A stretch of DNA of 64,000 bases from Actinomycetes bacterium (GTDB lineage Bacteria > Actinomycetota > Thermoleophilia > BMS3ABIN01). Within the stretch, counting starts at the first letter, position 1. Every line of letters starts with the position of its first letter. Positions 10,701 to 20,192 of this stretch are shown here, piece by piece. Location of the stretch: positions 999-64,998 of the forward strand of contig JAJYOG010000008.1 of assembly GCA_021785935.1 (NCBI GenBank), in the 5' to 3' direction. Below the pieces are notes generated by a model. The model was not told the DNA's origin and did not search any database. It saw only the letters and a list, made by a program, of their open reading frames with translations. A program made the translations under genes and the position numbers.

Positions 10701-11835
10701 TAGTGGCTGGCATTTCACCACGCGATCGGCGATAGACCACGGTCACTTCATTGGCGCCGAGCCGGAGCGCCGAGCGAGCCGCGTCCATGGCGGTAAAGCC
10801 GCCGCCGATCACGAGCGTCCTGCCGAGAGGTATGTCCCAATCGCCGCTGTTGCTCTTGGACAGAAAATCTACAGCGGAGCAAACTCCCTCGCCGTCTGCA
10901 TTCTCAATCCGGCCCACGGAGCCCCGCTGGGCACCGATGGCCAGGTAGATGGCGCTGTAACCATCTGACTTCAGGCTCTCGATGGTGAAATCTTTGCCGA
11001 GGCGGCTGTTTAGCTTCATCTCGACACCAAGCCCGAGGATGGTGTCAACCTCTTCCTGGATGATCTCGCGCGGCAGGCGGAAGGGCGGAATGCCGGTCAG
11101 CATCATACCGCCAGCCTTGGAATTGGCTTCGAAAATAGTTACCTGGTGACCGCTCAGGGATAGATAGTAAGCCGCCGAGAGGCCAGAAGGCCCGGCGCCG
11201 ATGACCGCTACTTTCTTGCCACTGGGCGGCGCCATCTCTTCACTAACCAGGGAACCTTCGGCATAAGCTTTGTCGCCGGCAAAACGTTTCAACTGGCAGA
11301 TGGCCACCGGCTCGCCGTCGACCTGGGTGCGGCGGCAGGCGCTCTCGCAGGGGCGCGGGCAGATGCGGCCGATAATGCGCGGCAACGGCAGGCGGCGCTT
11401 GACGATCCTGATCGCTTCCGAGTCATCGCCACGGGCGATCGCCGCGACATAGGCCGGGATATCGATGCGCGCCGGGCAGACATTGTGGCAGGGCGGTTCG
11501 CAATAAGAGTTGTGGGCAGTCAGATACTGGTTCAGCTTCTGCCGGCGCGCTGCCGCGATCTCGGGCGTTTCGCTGATAACTTCCATGCCGTCGGCGACCG
11601 GTGTCTGGCAGGAGTTGACGATGCCGTCGCCGACCACCTCCACCAGGCAAAGGCCGCAGCGGCCTGAAGGCGCGATGCGGGAATCGCTGCAAAGCGTGGG
11701 AATCTCGATGCCATTCGCCTGTGCCGCTTCGAGAATGGTCATGTGTGGATTTACCTGAAGGTAGCGCCCATCGATGAAGAACCTGACCAACGGGCCGCTT
11801 TCGGCAATTATCTCGTGATGAGGAAGATCGGCCAT
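7720..11835 (-). CDS. fdhA: Selenocysteine formate dehydrogenase alpha subunit fused to an N-terminal 2Fe-2S / GltD-like NAD(P)H-FAD / 2x[4Fe-4S] module (1371 codons, UGA = complement of 9340-9342)
   Basis: Track ORFs 9340-11835 and 7720-9327 are in the same frame and are separated only by TGA. The join reads [30 protein letters not shown], the FDH-H active-site context. The downstream MopB and molybdopterin-binding domains are complete. Confidence 0.88.
9310..9339 (-). promoter_or_regulatory. fdhA SECIS element
   Basis: The RNA after the UGA is CACGCUCCCACGGUGGCCGGUCUGGCCAUC. The GGCC-GGUCU-GGCC apical hairpin mirrors, from memory, the E. coli fdhF SECIS GCAGGUCUGC. Confidence 0.7.
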
Positions 11836-12023
11836 TTTTCCCTTTCAGACGCTGCAAGAAGTCTGGTGGAAGGCTTTGGGGATAAAAAAACACCCAAGCC
11901 ATCCAAGTCCTTATTGGAGGGCCCAGGCGTCCGGCCTATTAGCTGGCTATTGCCAGCGAAGATGCTCCCGTGTGGTTATCCACTGAACGCCAGTCACATC
12001 TCTGCCGGCCATTCTATCAGGAC
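11836..12023 (-). ncRNA. Structured 5' leader of fdhA; possible second Moco/Wco-type riboswitch
   Basis: 188-nt leader with the hairpins GUGG-AUAA-CCAC, CUGGC-AAUA-GCCAG, GGCUUGGG...CCCCAAAGCC and CAGAC...GUCUG. AAUAGGCCGGACGCCUGGG and GCCUUCC...CUGAAAGGGAAAAAUG resemble the ends of the mobA riboswitch. Confidence 0.3.
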
Positions 12024-12107
12024 AGTTTCGGGGACACAATACTTAATTCCAGCAGTTTAGAACATCCGAACTCTGGATTACGAATTAAGTATTGTGTCCC
12101 CGAAACT
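12024..12107. repeat. Palindromic intergenic repeat, copy 2
   Basis: AGTTTCGGGGACACAATACTTAATT (12024-12048) pairs with AATTAAGTATTGTGTCCCCGAAACT (12083-12107). The loop is 34 nt. A degenerate extra half-arm, GTCTCCGAAATT, lies at 12109-12120. Confidence 0.9.
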
Positions 12108-12118
12108 CGTCTCCGAAA

Positions 12119-12622
12119 TTAGCGGGCGCATTCCCCGCAGTTGCCGCCCAGAAGGCCGAGAGCGTGGCCGATCACCGGCCTGATTATCTCAAAGGACTCG
12201 GCGCATGCCTTCGGGCTTCCCGGAAGGTTGATGATCAGGGAGCCGCCACAGATACCGCTCACCGCGCGCGAGAGCATCGCCCGTGGAGTGATTTTCATTG
12301 ACCCGGCGCGTATTGCCTCGGCGATGCCAGGCGCCTCACGATCGATGACATCCCTCGTCGCTTCGGGGGTAACATCACGGTCCATCAGTCCGGTGCCACC
12401 TGTGGTCAGCACCAAATCGACCTCCTTCATGCGGCAAAGATTTTTCAGATTAGAAGCGATCCGGTCGCGCTCATCCGGAATCAGAACGCGGGACACATTC
12501 CTGGCTCCGGCTTCCATCAACAATCGCTCCAGCAGATCACCGCTTTCATCTTTGCGTTCACCCCGGTACCCCTTATCGCTCACCGTAACCACGGCAGCGG
12601 TAAATTTAATGTCGCCAGTCAT
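12119..12622 (-). CDS. moaB: Molybdenum cofactor biosynthesis protein B (MoaB/Mog family)
   Basis: Contains AVVTVSDKG...DLVLTTGGTGL..RDVTPEAT...INLPGSP. Confidence 0.85.
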   Translation of the reverse strand: MTGDIKFTAAVVTVSDKGYRGERKDESGDLLERLLMEAGARNVSRVLIPDERDRIASNLKNLCRMKEVDLVLTTGGTGLMDRDVTPEATRDVIDREAPGIAEAIRAGSMKITPRAMLSRAVSGICGGSLIINLPGSPKACAESFEIIRPVIGHALGLLGGNCGECAR

Positions 12623-13125
12623 GAGCGCGTTGGTCCTTCCGTTGCTTCCGGGACTCCGGGCATGCTGCCCTCGACTGCCTCTCCGGTCAGCGGCAACTCG
12701 ACGATCTCAATTTTGTCGCCAACCTCAATCGTCCCGCCCTCAAGGACTCTGGCGAAGACACCCTCGCGAGGCATGACGCAGTCGCCGGCCTGCCGGAAAA
12801 TCTCGCAGCGGTCGTGGCACTTTTTGCCGATCTGGGTAACCTCGATCAACGCCAACCCCAGCCGCAGGATGGCGCCAACCGGCATCGATGGCAAATCGAT
12901 CCCCGAGGTGGTGATATTCTCGGCGAAATCACCCGGTTTCACATCCAGATCTTTCCCGCACATGCTCTCGATGCTGGCGGTGGCAAGCAGGCTGATCTGA
13001 CGGTGCCACTCTCCGGCATGGGCGTCCCCGACGATGCCGTGGCCCGCCCGCAGCTCAGCCGACCCAGACGGCGTTTTTTTCCGGCCTTTCGCGGAGGATA
13101 CGTTGATGGAAATTATCTCAGCCAC
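12619..13125 (-). CDS. MOSC domain-containing protein
   Basis: Contains GIVGDAHAG.WHRQISLL...GDFAENITT.GIDL...IEVTQIGKKCH, a MOSC beta-barrel. Confidence 0.8.
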   Translation of the reverse strand: MAEIISINVSSAKGRKKTPSGSAELRAGHGIVGDAHAGEWHRQISLLATASIESMCGKDLDVKPGDFAENITTSGIDLPSMPVGAILRLGLALIEVTQIGKKCHDRCEIFRQAGDCVMPREGVFARVLEGGTIEVGDKIEIVELPLTGEAVEGSMPGVPEATEGPTRS

Positions 13126-13598
13126 TAGCCCGACTTCCCTCCACGTTTTTCCAGCAGACGGATGTCACCGATCACCATCTCCTTGTCCACTGCCTTACAC
13201 ATGTCATATATAGTAAGCGCCGCCACCGATGCGGCCGTGAGCGCCTCCATCTCTACCCCGGTTTTGCCCCGCAAGCTGACAGTGGTCTCGACCAGGATGG
13301 ACGATCTCTCCCTGTCAACCGTGAAGTCAACAGCAATGCTCCCGGCATTTAGCGGATGGCATAATGGTATGAGCCTCGCTGTCTCCTTGGCGGCCATGAT
13401 GCCCGCCACACGCGCAACCGCCAGCACGTCCCCTTTGGGTAATGCTTTTTCCTCCAGAAGTTTGAGCGTGGCCGGAGCCACGGTCACGCGGGCGCTGGCG
13501 CGCGCCAGCCTGTCGCTGTCAGGTTTTCCGCCCACATCGACCATCCGCGCCCGCCCCTCCTCATCAATATGGGATAAATTTTTATCTTCCGCACTCAT
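13125..13598 (-). CDS. moaC: Cyclic pyranopterin monophosphate synthase accessory protein MoaC
   Basis: Contains MVDVGGK..T.R.A.A...[26 protein letters not shown]...GVEMEALTA. Confidence 0.92.
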   Translation of the reverse strand: MSAEDKNLSHIDEEGRARMVDVGGKPDSDRLARASARVTVAPATLKLLEEKALPKGDVLAVARVAGIMAAKETARLIPLCHPLNAGSIAVDFTVDRERSSILVETTVSLRGKTGVEMEALTAASVAALTIYDMCKAVDKEMVIGDIRLLEKRGGKSG

Positions 13599-13642
13599 CT
13601 CTTCCCCTGTCTCCAGTCTGTATATCCTTTATCCACGCTTCC

Positions 13643-14632
13643 TCATCCGCCGATCTGCGACATCGTACGTTCGCCGGGATTGACAATCCGCCGGTCAAAC
13701 TTCTTGCTGTTCATCGAGTCCAGAATCACCCGCGAAAGCGCACCCCTGCCGCCAGCAAAATAGGGTTTAACAAAGATCTCTTCTTCGGAAAAAAGGCAAT
13801 TGCGCAGATAGCCGTCGGCGGTCAGCCGCAAACGATTGCAGCCGGCGCAAAAATGGTCGCTCATCGAGCTGATAAAACCGATGGTGCCGCGCGCGCCGTC
13901 AAACTGAAAATAGCGGGCTGGGCCGGCGCCGCCCGGTGAGGCTACCGGCTTCAGCCTACCGTAGCCCTGCAGTTTTTGCAGCAAACGTTTGCGCGAAACG
14001 AACTTCCAGAGGCCACCCACCCTTTTGCCGATTGGCATGAACTCGATGAAGCGGACGTGCACCGGCAGCTCCCGCGCTAGTTTAACGAATTCATCGAGAT
14101 CGTCCTCGATCCCGGGAAGCGAAACCGCGTTGACCTTTACCGGCGCAAAACCAGCGGCCAGTACACTCTCCAGCCCATCCAGAACCGGTCCCAGGTTGGC
14201 GCCGCCCGTAAGCTGCGAAAACCGTTCCGGGCTCAGGCTGTCAATGCTGATATTAATGCGGGACAGCCCCGCCGCCTTCAACCCTGAAGCGTGCCTTGAA
14301 AGCAGCGAGCCGTTGGTGGTCAGTGAAAGGTCGCGGATGCCCTCGATCCCGGCCAGCCGCCCGATCAGCTCCGCGCTCCCGGGCCGCACCAGCGGTTCGC
14401 CGCCGGTAATGCGGACCCGCGACACTCCCGTGGCAACCGCCGCATTCGTGAACGAAACGATTTCTTCGAAGCTCAATAAATCACGCTCTTCCCTGCGCTG
14501 TACGCCGCCAGGCGGCAGGCAGTAAATGCAGCGGGAGTTGCAGCGGTCCGTGATCGAGATCCGCAGGTAATCGATGGTGCGGGATTTGTTACCTGCTATC
14601 GCATTGTTTTTCAAGATCGCACCCATCGTCAA
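13643..14632 (-). CDS. moaA: GTP 3',8-cyclase MoaA (radical SAM)
   Basis: YLRISITDRCNSRCIYCLP radical-SAM cluster, GGEPLVR, and a C-terminal CAGCNRLRLTADG second cluster. Confidence 0.92.
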   Translation of the reverse strand: MTMGAILKNNAIAGNKSRTIDYLRISITDRCNSRCIYCLPPGGVQRREERDLLSFEEIVSFTNAAVATGVSRVRITGGEPLVRPGSAELIGRLAGIEGIRDLSLTTNGSLLSRHASGLKAAGLSRINISIDSLSPERFSQLTGGANLGPVLDGLESVLAAGFAPVKVNAVSLPGIEDDLDEFVKLARELPVHVRFIEFMPIGKRVGGLWKFVSRKRLLQKLQGYGRLKPVASPGGAGPARYFQFDGARGTIGFISSMSDHFCAGCNRLRLTADGYLRNCLFSEEEIFVKPYFAGGRGALSRVILDSMNSKKFDRRIVNPGERTMSQIGG

Positions 14633-15891
14633 TCCCCAGCTCCCTCAGCTGCCCCAGCTGCCCCAGCTCCCTCAGCTGCCCCAGCTCCCTTAGCTCCCTT
14701 AGCTGCCGCAGCCTCGCCGAGCCCGTAACGGATCATAATCAGATTCGCGATCGCCGCCACATCATCCGGCTCGAAAACCGGAACCATCCCCGCCACGTCC
14801 GCCTGGTCCGAGACCACCGCCACCAGTTCCTCCTCGCGGCAGGCCAGACTTCCATCCCCGCTACTGCTAGCGCTGCCGCCTTCACGCCCACCGCGGCAGA
14901 CTTCGATTTTATCCGCCGCGGCTGTTTTGAATCCCTCTGCAATGACCAGATCGACATCGGTGCCAGCGGCGGCGTAGAGTTCGGCCAGACTCTTTTCAGC
15001 CGCGGGCGTTTCCAGCGCGGCCATGGCCCACGGCGATGAGATCATCACCCGCTTCGCCCCCGCCTGTGACAGGCGCCAGGTATCGGTGCCCTCACGGTCC
15101 ATGGTAAATCCGTGCAGATCGTGTTTAATGCACGCGACCTTAACTCCCCTACCGCCTAGCTCCGGGATCAATTTTTCCAGAAACGTAGTCTTGCCGGAAT
15201 CCTTCCGGCCAACGAAACAGATAAGCGGCGGCCCGTCCTGCAAGCTTGCCCCGGCATGTGCCGCTTCGCGTTTTTTTTGCAGATAGGGAACCAGTAGCGA
15301 CGCCTGGTCCAGATCGACCACGGTGTTGACGTTGATAAATACCATGTCCGGATCGCAGTAGGGGATCATCTCGGCCAGCTCGACGTACCGAACCCGAAGC
15401 CCGGCTAGCATTTCGCTCATGCTGAAAACGCCGTTTTCTATCTGATCGCGCATGTGCTCCAGGCAGTCACGCGAATAGATAGCATGCAGCGGTTCATTGC
15501 CGCGCTGGCTGACCGGAACCACGGCATCGTAACCGGGCACCAGGCTCGCCAGCCGGCCGACCAGCATCGGTTCCGTAAAGGGCATGTCGCAGGCCACGGC
15601 AAAACAGTACCGGTTTCGTGAGGCCGCCAGTGCCGAGTAGACTCCCACGAGTGATGCCCGTTGCGGATACTGATCGGCGCAGACGGGCAAGGTCAGGTTC
15701 TCGTACGCGGCAACGTCGCCAGAGACGATGAAGATGTCTGAAGTCATCGGGGCGAGAGAATCAATGACATGGGAGATTACCTGTTTCCCACCAAGCATTT
15801 TAAGCGCCTTGTTGCTGCCCATGCGGGTGCTCTCGCCGCCAGCAAGCACGGCAACAGAAATAGCGGACGGACGGGAGCCATCCCGGTTCAT
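14629..15891 (-). CDS. mobA: MobA (molybdenum cofactor guanylyltransferase) - MobB fusion with low-complexity Ala/Gly tail
   Basis: N-terminal AVLAGGESTRMGSNKAL (MobA), a central GRKDSGKTTFLEKL...ACIKH P-loop (MobB), and a C-terminal AAAKGAKGAGAAEGAGAAGAAEGAGD tail. Confidence 0.8.
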   Translation of the reverse strand: MNRDGSRPSAISVAVLAGGESTRMGSNKALKMLGGKQVISHVIDSLAPMTSDIFIVSGDVAAYENLTLPVCADQYPQRASLVGVYSALAASRNRYCFAVACDMPFTEPMLVGRLASLVPGYDAVVPVSQRGNEPLHAIYSRDCLEHMRDQIENGVFSMSEMLAGLRVRYVELAEMIPYCDPDMVFINVNTVVDLDQASLLVPYLQKKREAAHAGASLQDGPPLICFVGRKDSGKTTFLEKLIPELGGRGVKVACIKHDLHGFTMDREGTDTWRLSQAGAKRVMISSPWAMAALETPAAEKSLAELYAAAGTDVDLVIAEGFKTAAADKIEVCRGGREGGSASSSGDGSLACREEELVAVVSDQADVAGMVPVFEPDDVAAIANLIMIRYGLGEAAAAKGAKGAGAAEGAGAAGAAEGAGD

Positions 15892-16010
15892 GCATATCTC
15901 CTTTCCAAATACGGGAGGCCTGCCTGTTTCCGGACAGACCCTATCGGCTTCCCCTTCATAACCTGTGGCGATAAGCCGGCGGTCTTAGAAGCAGGCGCTC
16001 GGAGACTATT
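15892..16010 (-). ncRNA. Moco (molybdenum cofactor) riboswitch controlling mobA-moaA-moaC-MOSC-moaB
   Basis: The RNA is ...AGUCUCCGAGCGCCUGCUUCUAAGACCGCCGGCUUAUCG...CGAUAGGGUCUGUCCGGAAACAGGCAGGCCUCCCGUAUUUGGAAAGGAGAUAUGCAUG. The 3' block GCCUCCCGUAUUUGGAAAGG nearly equals my recollection of E. coli moaA (GCCUCCCGUAUCUGGAAAGG). Stems GCCUGC/GCAGGC, CUUAUCG/CGAUAGG and CUGU/ACAG are present, and P1 (GUCUCC/GGAGAU) sequesters the SD. Confidence 0.72.
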
Positions 16011-16218
16011 TTCCCCTTGATCAAACGGTTATTCATTATAACAAGCCGATGCTGTGTTATACTTTTTACAATCTTGATCCAGGGTGAGAAGCGGAATTCT
16101 ATCATAGCTCCCACACGAAAACCGCACCCTATGCCAACCCGCTTCGATAAAGGTTTTTACCTGCTTGATCCCATATTTGTAGATAATCGAAGTTGTTGAC
16201 AGCGACGATCAGCCGAGT

Positions 16219-17805
16219 ATGACAGATACCTCCGAAGAAACCGATCAAGCTTTTGTGCACAAGAGGTACGGCCTGCGGGCCAAGATCCTCCTGCTGCTGG
16301 CTGCGATGTGTTTCCCCATTATTGGCGGCCTGACCTATACCTCGATTTCCGCTCTTACGGACACCATTAACAGGGATTTCGAGCAGCGCGCGACCACGAT
16401 CGGCCAGTTTTTCTCCGCCGACGTCACCAACCTCCCGGAAAAAATCAGTTACGAGCACTTCCAGGGTGAGATCGTGAAGCTGCACGAGCTGAACTCAGAT
16501 ATCATGAAGATCTCCGTTTACGCTCCCCGCGGAGACCAGGTTTTCCGGATTGCCAGCACGGATACGAGCCAGATCAATGAAGTGGCCGATCCTGAGGATT
16601 ATGCCCCGCTCGAGACCAACCAGGCCACACACGCCGAGAGCGTGAAGAACGGCCGTAAAATTATCGAAGCCATTGCGCCCATCACCCTCACCGACGGCAA
16701 GCCGGCGGCCACTATCGGCATATATATGTACCTCGATGCCCGCGATGACCTGATCCGGTCCCAGCAGATCAAATTCCTGCTGATCGGCGGACTGGGCATC
16801 ATCGCGCTGCTGGTTCTGCTCTATCTCAGCCTCAATTATTACCTGGTCAAGCCTGTCGACAAGCTGGCCAGCGTTACCCAGAGCGTCGCCAAGGGCGACT
16901 TCACCAAGAAAGTCGAAATCCGGTCGAGAGACGAGTTGGGAGAGCTGGGACGCTCGATCAACCGCATGACCGAATCCCTCGAGGTGCAAAGCGAAGAGCT
17001 GCAGGGGAAGGTCGACGAACTGGAAAACGTCAACGAGAACCTGCAATCCCGTGAACATGAGTTGCAGATAACCAACCGCCAGCTGGAGACCGCAAACCGG
17101 CTCAAGTCCCAGTTCCTGGCAACAATGAGCCATGAGTTGCGGACGCCGCTGAATTCGATCATCGGTTTCTCGGAACTGCTGGAGGATGAAACCTACGGCA
17201 GCCTTAACGCCAAACAGATGAAGTACGTGGGCAATATTGTCGTTTCGAGCAAATACCTGCTGCAGCTGATCAACGACATTCTGGACCTGGCCAAGGTGGA
17301 GTCCGGCACGATTGAGATCCGGCCGGAACGTTTGTCGCTCTCGGAAGCGATGTCCGTGGTCAAAAGCGTAGTCGAGCCGCTAGCGACTAAAAAATCGATC
17401 AACTTGACAATCAAACTGGATAGCAAAGTCGAAGAAGTGGCCGCGGACCCGGCCCGCTTTAAGCAGATTCTTTACAACCTGCTAAGCAATGCCATCAAGT
17501 TCACGCCTTCCGGCGGCATCGTTTCCATCGAAGCCGTCCGTCACGACGGCGCCGTAGCGATATCGGTGGCGGATACCGGCATCGGCATCAGCGAAAAAGA
17601 CCAGCAACGCATCTTCTCTGAATTCCTGCAGGTTGACGGTTCGTATGCCCGCAAATATGAGGGTACCGGCCTGGGGCTGGCCCTGACCAGAAAGCTGGTC
17701 GAGCTTCACGGTGGCCGGATCTGGGTGGACAGCTCTCCAGGCAGGGGCAGCCGCTTCACCTTTACCATGCCGGACCTCCGGGCTTCGGACCAGGCCGAAG
17801 ACTGA
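16219..17805 (+). CDS. Sensor histidine kinase (2 TM periplasmic sensor, HAMP, coiled coil, HisKA, HATPase)
   Basis: H-box [17 protein letters not shown]-box LLSNAIKFT, and G-boxes DTGIGI and GTGLGLAL. Confidence 0.88.
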   Translation: MTDTSEETDQAFVHKRYGLRAKILLLLAAMCFPIIGGLTYTSISALTDTINRDFEQRATTIGQFFSADVTNLPEKISYEHFQGEIVKLHELNSDIMKISVYAPRGDQVFRIASTDTSQINEVADPEDYAPLETNQATHAESVKNGRKIIEAIAPITLTDGKPAATIGIYMYLDARDDLIRSQQIKFLLIGGLGIIALLVLLYLSLNYYLVKPVDKLASVTQSVAKGDFTKKVEIRSRDELGELGRSINRMTESLEVQSEELQGKVDELENVNENLQSREHELQITNRQLETANRLKSQFLATMSHELRTPLNSIIGFSELLEDETYGSLNAKQMKYVGNIVVSSKYLLQLINDILDLAKVESGTIEIRPERLSLSEAMSVVKSVVEPLATKKSINLTIKLDSKVEEVAADPARFKQILYNLLSNAIKFTPSGGIVSIEAVRHDGAVAISVADTGIGISEKDQQRIFSEFLQVDGSYARKYEGTGLGLALTRKLVELHGGRIWVDSSPGRGSRFTFTMPDLRASDQAED

Positions 17806-17813
17806 CTGACAAC

Positions 17814-19787
17814 ATGATTAATCCACTGCAAAAAAGCCTGGAGGCCAAGATCCTCGTTCTGGTGATGCTGGTTATCGCCGTCGGCTTTGGCATATTCTCC
17901 TGGTTCGATGTCGCCAGGGATTCCCGCGACCTCCATCACCAGAAGGAGCAGAGCACCGAGATGCTGAGTGCCAACGTGGTCAACAGCATCCAGAACACGA
18001 TGCTCGCGGGCAAGGGCGCCGTCGCTACCAGCGCCCTGGACAAGCTCAGAAGCTCTCCCGAAGTGGATCGGATTGAAGTTTTTTCCAACCAGGGTTTAGA
18101 GGTCTTCGGCGGCCTTGCTTCGGGCACCGAAGCCAACGCTTCGGTAAAAGATGTTCTCAAAACCGGTGAGCCGAGCCAATATTATGACGAGCGGACGGAC
18201 GGCCAGTTCCTGGTTCAGGTGCGGCCGTTGCCCAATGAGGCATCCTGTCAACAATGCCACAGCAGTAGCGATGCCTTGCGCGGCGCGGTTCTGGTTTCCA
18301 CATCCATGGCCAGCGTCCAGCAGGCTGTCCGCGACGACCAGATCCGCATAGCTTCGGTTTTCGTCTTCGGCGGCATCATCCTTATGATTGTCCTCTGGTT
18401 TGCGCTGCGCTCGACTATCCTCAAGCCGCTGAGGCAGGTTGTCGGAGTCATCCACAATATCGCCGAAGGTGAACTTGGCAAGCGCGTACATGTACAGTCA
18501 AAAGACGAAGTCGGTGACATGGCCGACAGCTTCAACAAGATGGCCGACTCTCTCGAAGAGTCCCGTAACAACCTGCGCCGGGTCAATGTTAACCTGCTGG
18601 AAGCCAACCGCCTGAAGTCTGAGTTTCTTTCCGTGATGAGCCATGAGCTGCGCACCCCCCTCAACGCCATTATTGGTTTCTCCGAGGTGCTGATGGACAT
18701 GGGCGACGGCAAGATCGATGACCGCGAGGAAAAATATCTCGTCAACATCGAAACCAGCGGTCGCCATCTGTTGCAACTGATCAACGATATCCTGGACCTG
18801 GCCAAAATCAGTTCCGAGGACGAAGAGCTTTCAACGGAGGATATCTCGATTCCGCAGGTGCTGGAGGACATCCGAAAACTGGGCCATCCCTTCGCTGCCC
18901 AGCGGCGAGTCTGGCTGGAGCTACTGCCTTCTGAGAACCTGCCGCTGATCATGGCGGATCAGGCCAAGGTCAAACGGATACTGTATAATCTCGTCAGCAA
19001 CGCCATCAAGTTCACCCCCGAGGGCGGGCGGGTCGTGATGGAGGCCAGAGCGATCGACAGCATGGTTGAAATCTCCGTGACCGACACCGGCATCGGCATC
19101 AGCCCCGAGGACCAGAAAAAGATTTTCGAGGAATTTAAGCAGCTCGAGAGCTCCCACACCCGCAGGTTTGAAGGCACCGGCGTCGGCCTGGCGTTATCGA
19201 AGAAACTTGTAGAGCTTCATGGGGGAAGGATCCGGGTAGAAAGCGAACTGGGGAAAGGCAGCCGCTTTACATTCTCGCTGCCGATGACACCGGGACGCAG
19301 ACGGGCGTCCGACTGGAAGCAGAGCGTTACGCCCGATCCGTTCATTGAACCCGAAAGCGTTGCCGGTCAGCCGCTGGTCCTGGTGGTAGAGGATGACCCG
19401 CAGACCAGCGAACTGCTGGGTCTCTGGCTGAACGAGGCCAGCTACCGCGTGGCCAGGGCTTTCGATGGCGTACAGGCGCTGCAACTGGCGCGCAAGTTAA
19501 AACCTTACGTCATCACTCTGGACATTTTGCTGCCAAAGAAAGATGGGTGGCAGGTGCTGCAGGAGCTGAAGGCCGATCCGGCGACGAAGGATATCCCGGT
19601 CATCATCATCTCAATCCTCGAGCGAAGCCGCCGGGGATTGGAACTAGGCGCTTTCGACTACTTTGTCAAGCCGATCGAGAAGAAGGAACTGCTCTGCCGC
19701 CTTGAAAGCCGTTCCTTGTATACTTCAAGTTTGAGGTCGCGATCTTTGCAAGATAAAAGCCAACAATCGCCATCGGGCGCCGAATAG
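17814..19787 (+). CDS. Hybrid sensor histidine kinase (periplasmic CxxCH sensor, HAMP, HisKA/HATPase, C-terminal receiver)
   Basis: [16 protein letters not shown] and GTGVGLAL, with a receiver domain (LVLVVEDDP...[13 protein letters not shown]). A CQQCH motif lies in the periplasmic loop (nt 18246-18260). Confidence 0.88.
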   Translation: MINPLQKSLEAKILVLVMLVIAVGFGIFSWFDVARDSRDLHHQKEQSTEMLSANVVNSIQNTMLAGKGAVATSALDKLRSSPEVDRIEVFSNQGLEVFGGLASGTEANASVKDVLKTGEPSQYYDERTDGQFLVQVRPLPNEASCQQCHSSSDALRGAVLVSTSMASVQQAVRDDQIRIASVFVFGGIILMIVLWFALRSTILKPLRQVVGVIHNIAEGELGKRVHVQSKDEVGDMADSFNKMADSLEESRNNLRRVNVNLLEANRLKSEFLSVMSHELRTPLNAIIGFSEVLMDMGDGKIDDREEKYLVNIETSGRHLLQLINDILDLAKISSEDEELSTEDISIPQVLEDIRKLGHPFAAQRRVWLELLPSENLPLIMADQAKVKRILYNLVSNAIKFTPEGGRVVMEARAIDSMVEISVTDTGIGISPEDQKKIFEEFKQLESSHTRRFEGTGVGLALSKKLVELHGGRIRVESELGKGSRFTFSLPMTPGRRRASDWKQSVTPDPFIEPESVAGQPLVLVVEDDPQTSELLGLWLNEASYRVARAFDGVQALQLARKLKPYVITLDILLPKKDGWQVLQELKADPATKDIPVIIISILERSRRGLELGAFDYFVKPIEKKELLCRLESRSLYTSSLRSRSLQDKSQQSPSGAE

Positions 19788-19799
19788 AATTTATCTGGC

Positions 19800-20192
19800 A
19801 TGAATGAGACGACAATTTTGGTTGTTGAAGATAATATTATGAACCTAGAGTTAGTGAGCGACATTCTCGAGGCTCATGGATACCACGTGCTGCAGACTAG
19901 CAGTGGACGCGAAGCCCTTTCGCTTTCACAAAAAGAGCAGCCAGACCTGGTCCTCATGGATCTGCAGCTCCCGGAGATGGATGGCCTGGAGGTCACCAGA
20001 ATGCTGAAGCAGAATCCCGAGACCGCGCACATCTGCGTCGTCGCCCTGACCGCTCACGCCATGCGGGGCGATGAGGATAAAGCCCGCGAGGCCGGCTGCA
20101 GCGGCTACATCGCCAAGCCCATCAATACCCGGGAATTCGCGGGAGTAATAGCCGCGTACCTGGGCAAGAGCCCGGACCAATCGGAGGCGTAG
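19800..20192 (+). CDS. Single-domain CheY-like response regulator
   Basis: Contains ILVVEDN...DLVLMDLQLPEMDG...VALTAHAM..D...GCSGYIAKP. Confidence 0.88.
   Translation: MNETTILVVEDNIMNLELVSDILEAHGYHVLQTSSGREALSLSQKEQPDLVLMDLQLPEMDGLEVTRMLKQNPETAHICVVALTAHAMRGDEDKAREAGCSGYIAKPINTREFAGVIAAYLGKSPDQSEA

Noticed and set aside
12815-12828. TGGCAC followed by TTTTTGCC as a sigma54 promoter.
   Set aside because: The GG-to-GC spacing is two nucleotides short of the -24/-12 consensus. It also lies inside the MOSC coding region on the opposite strand.
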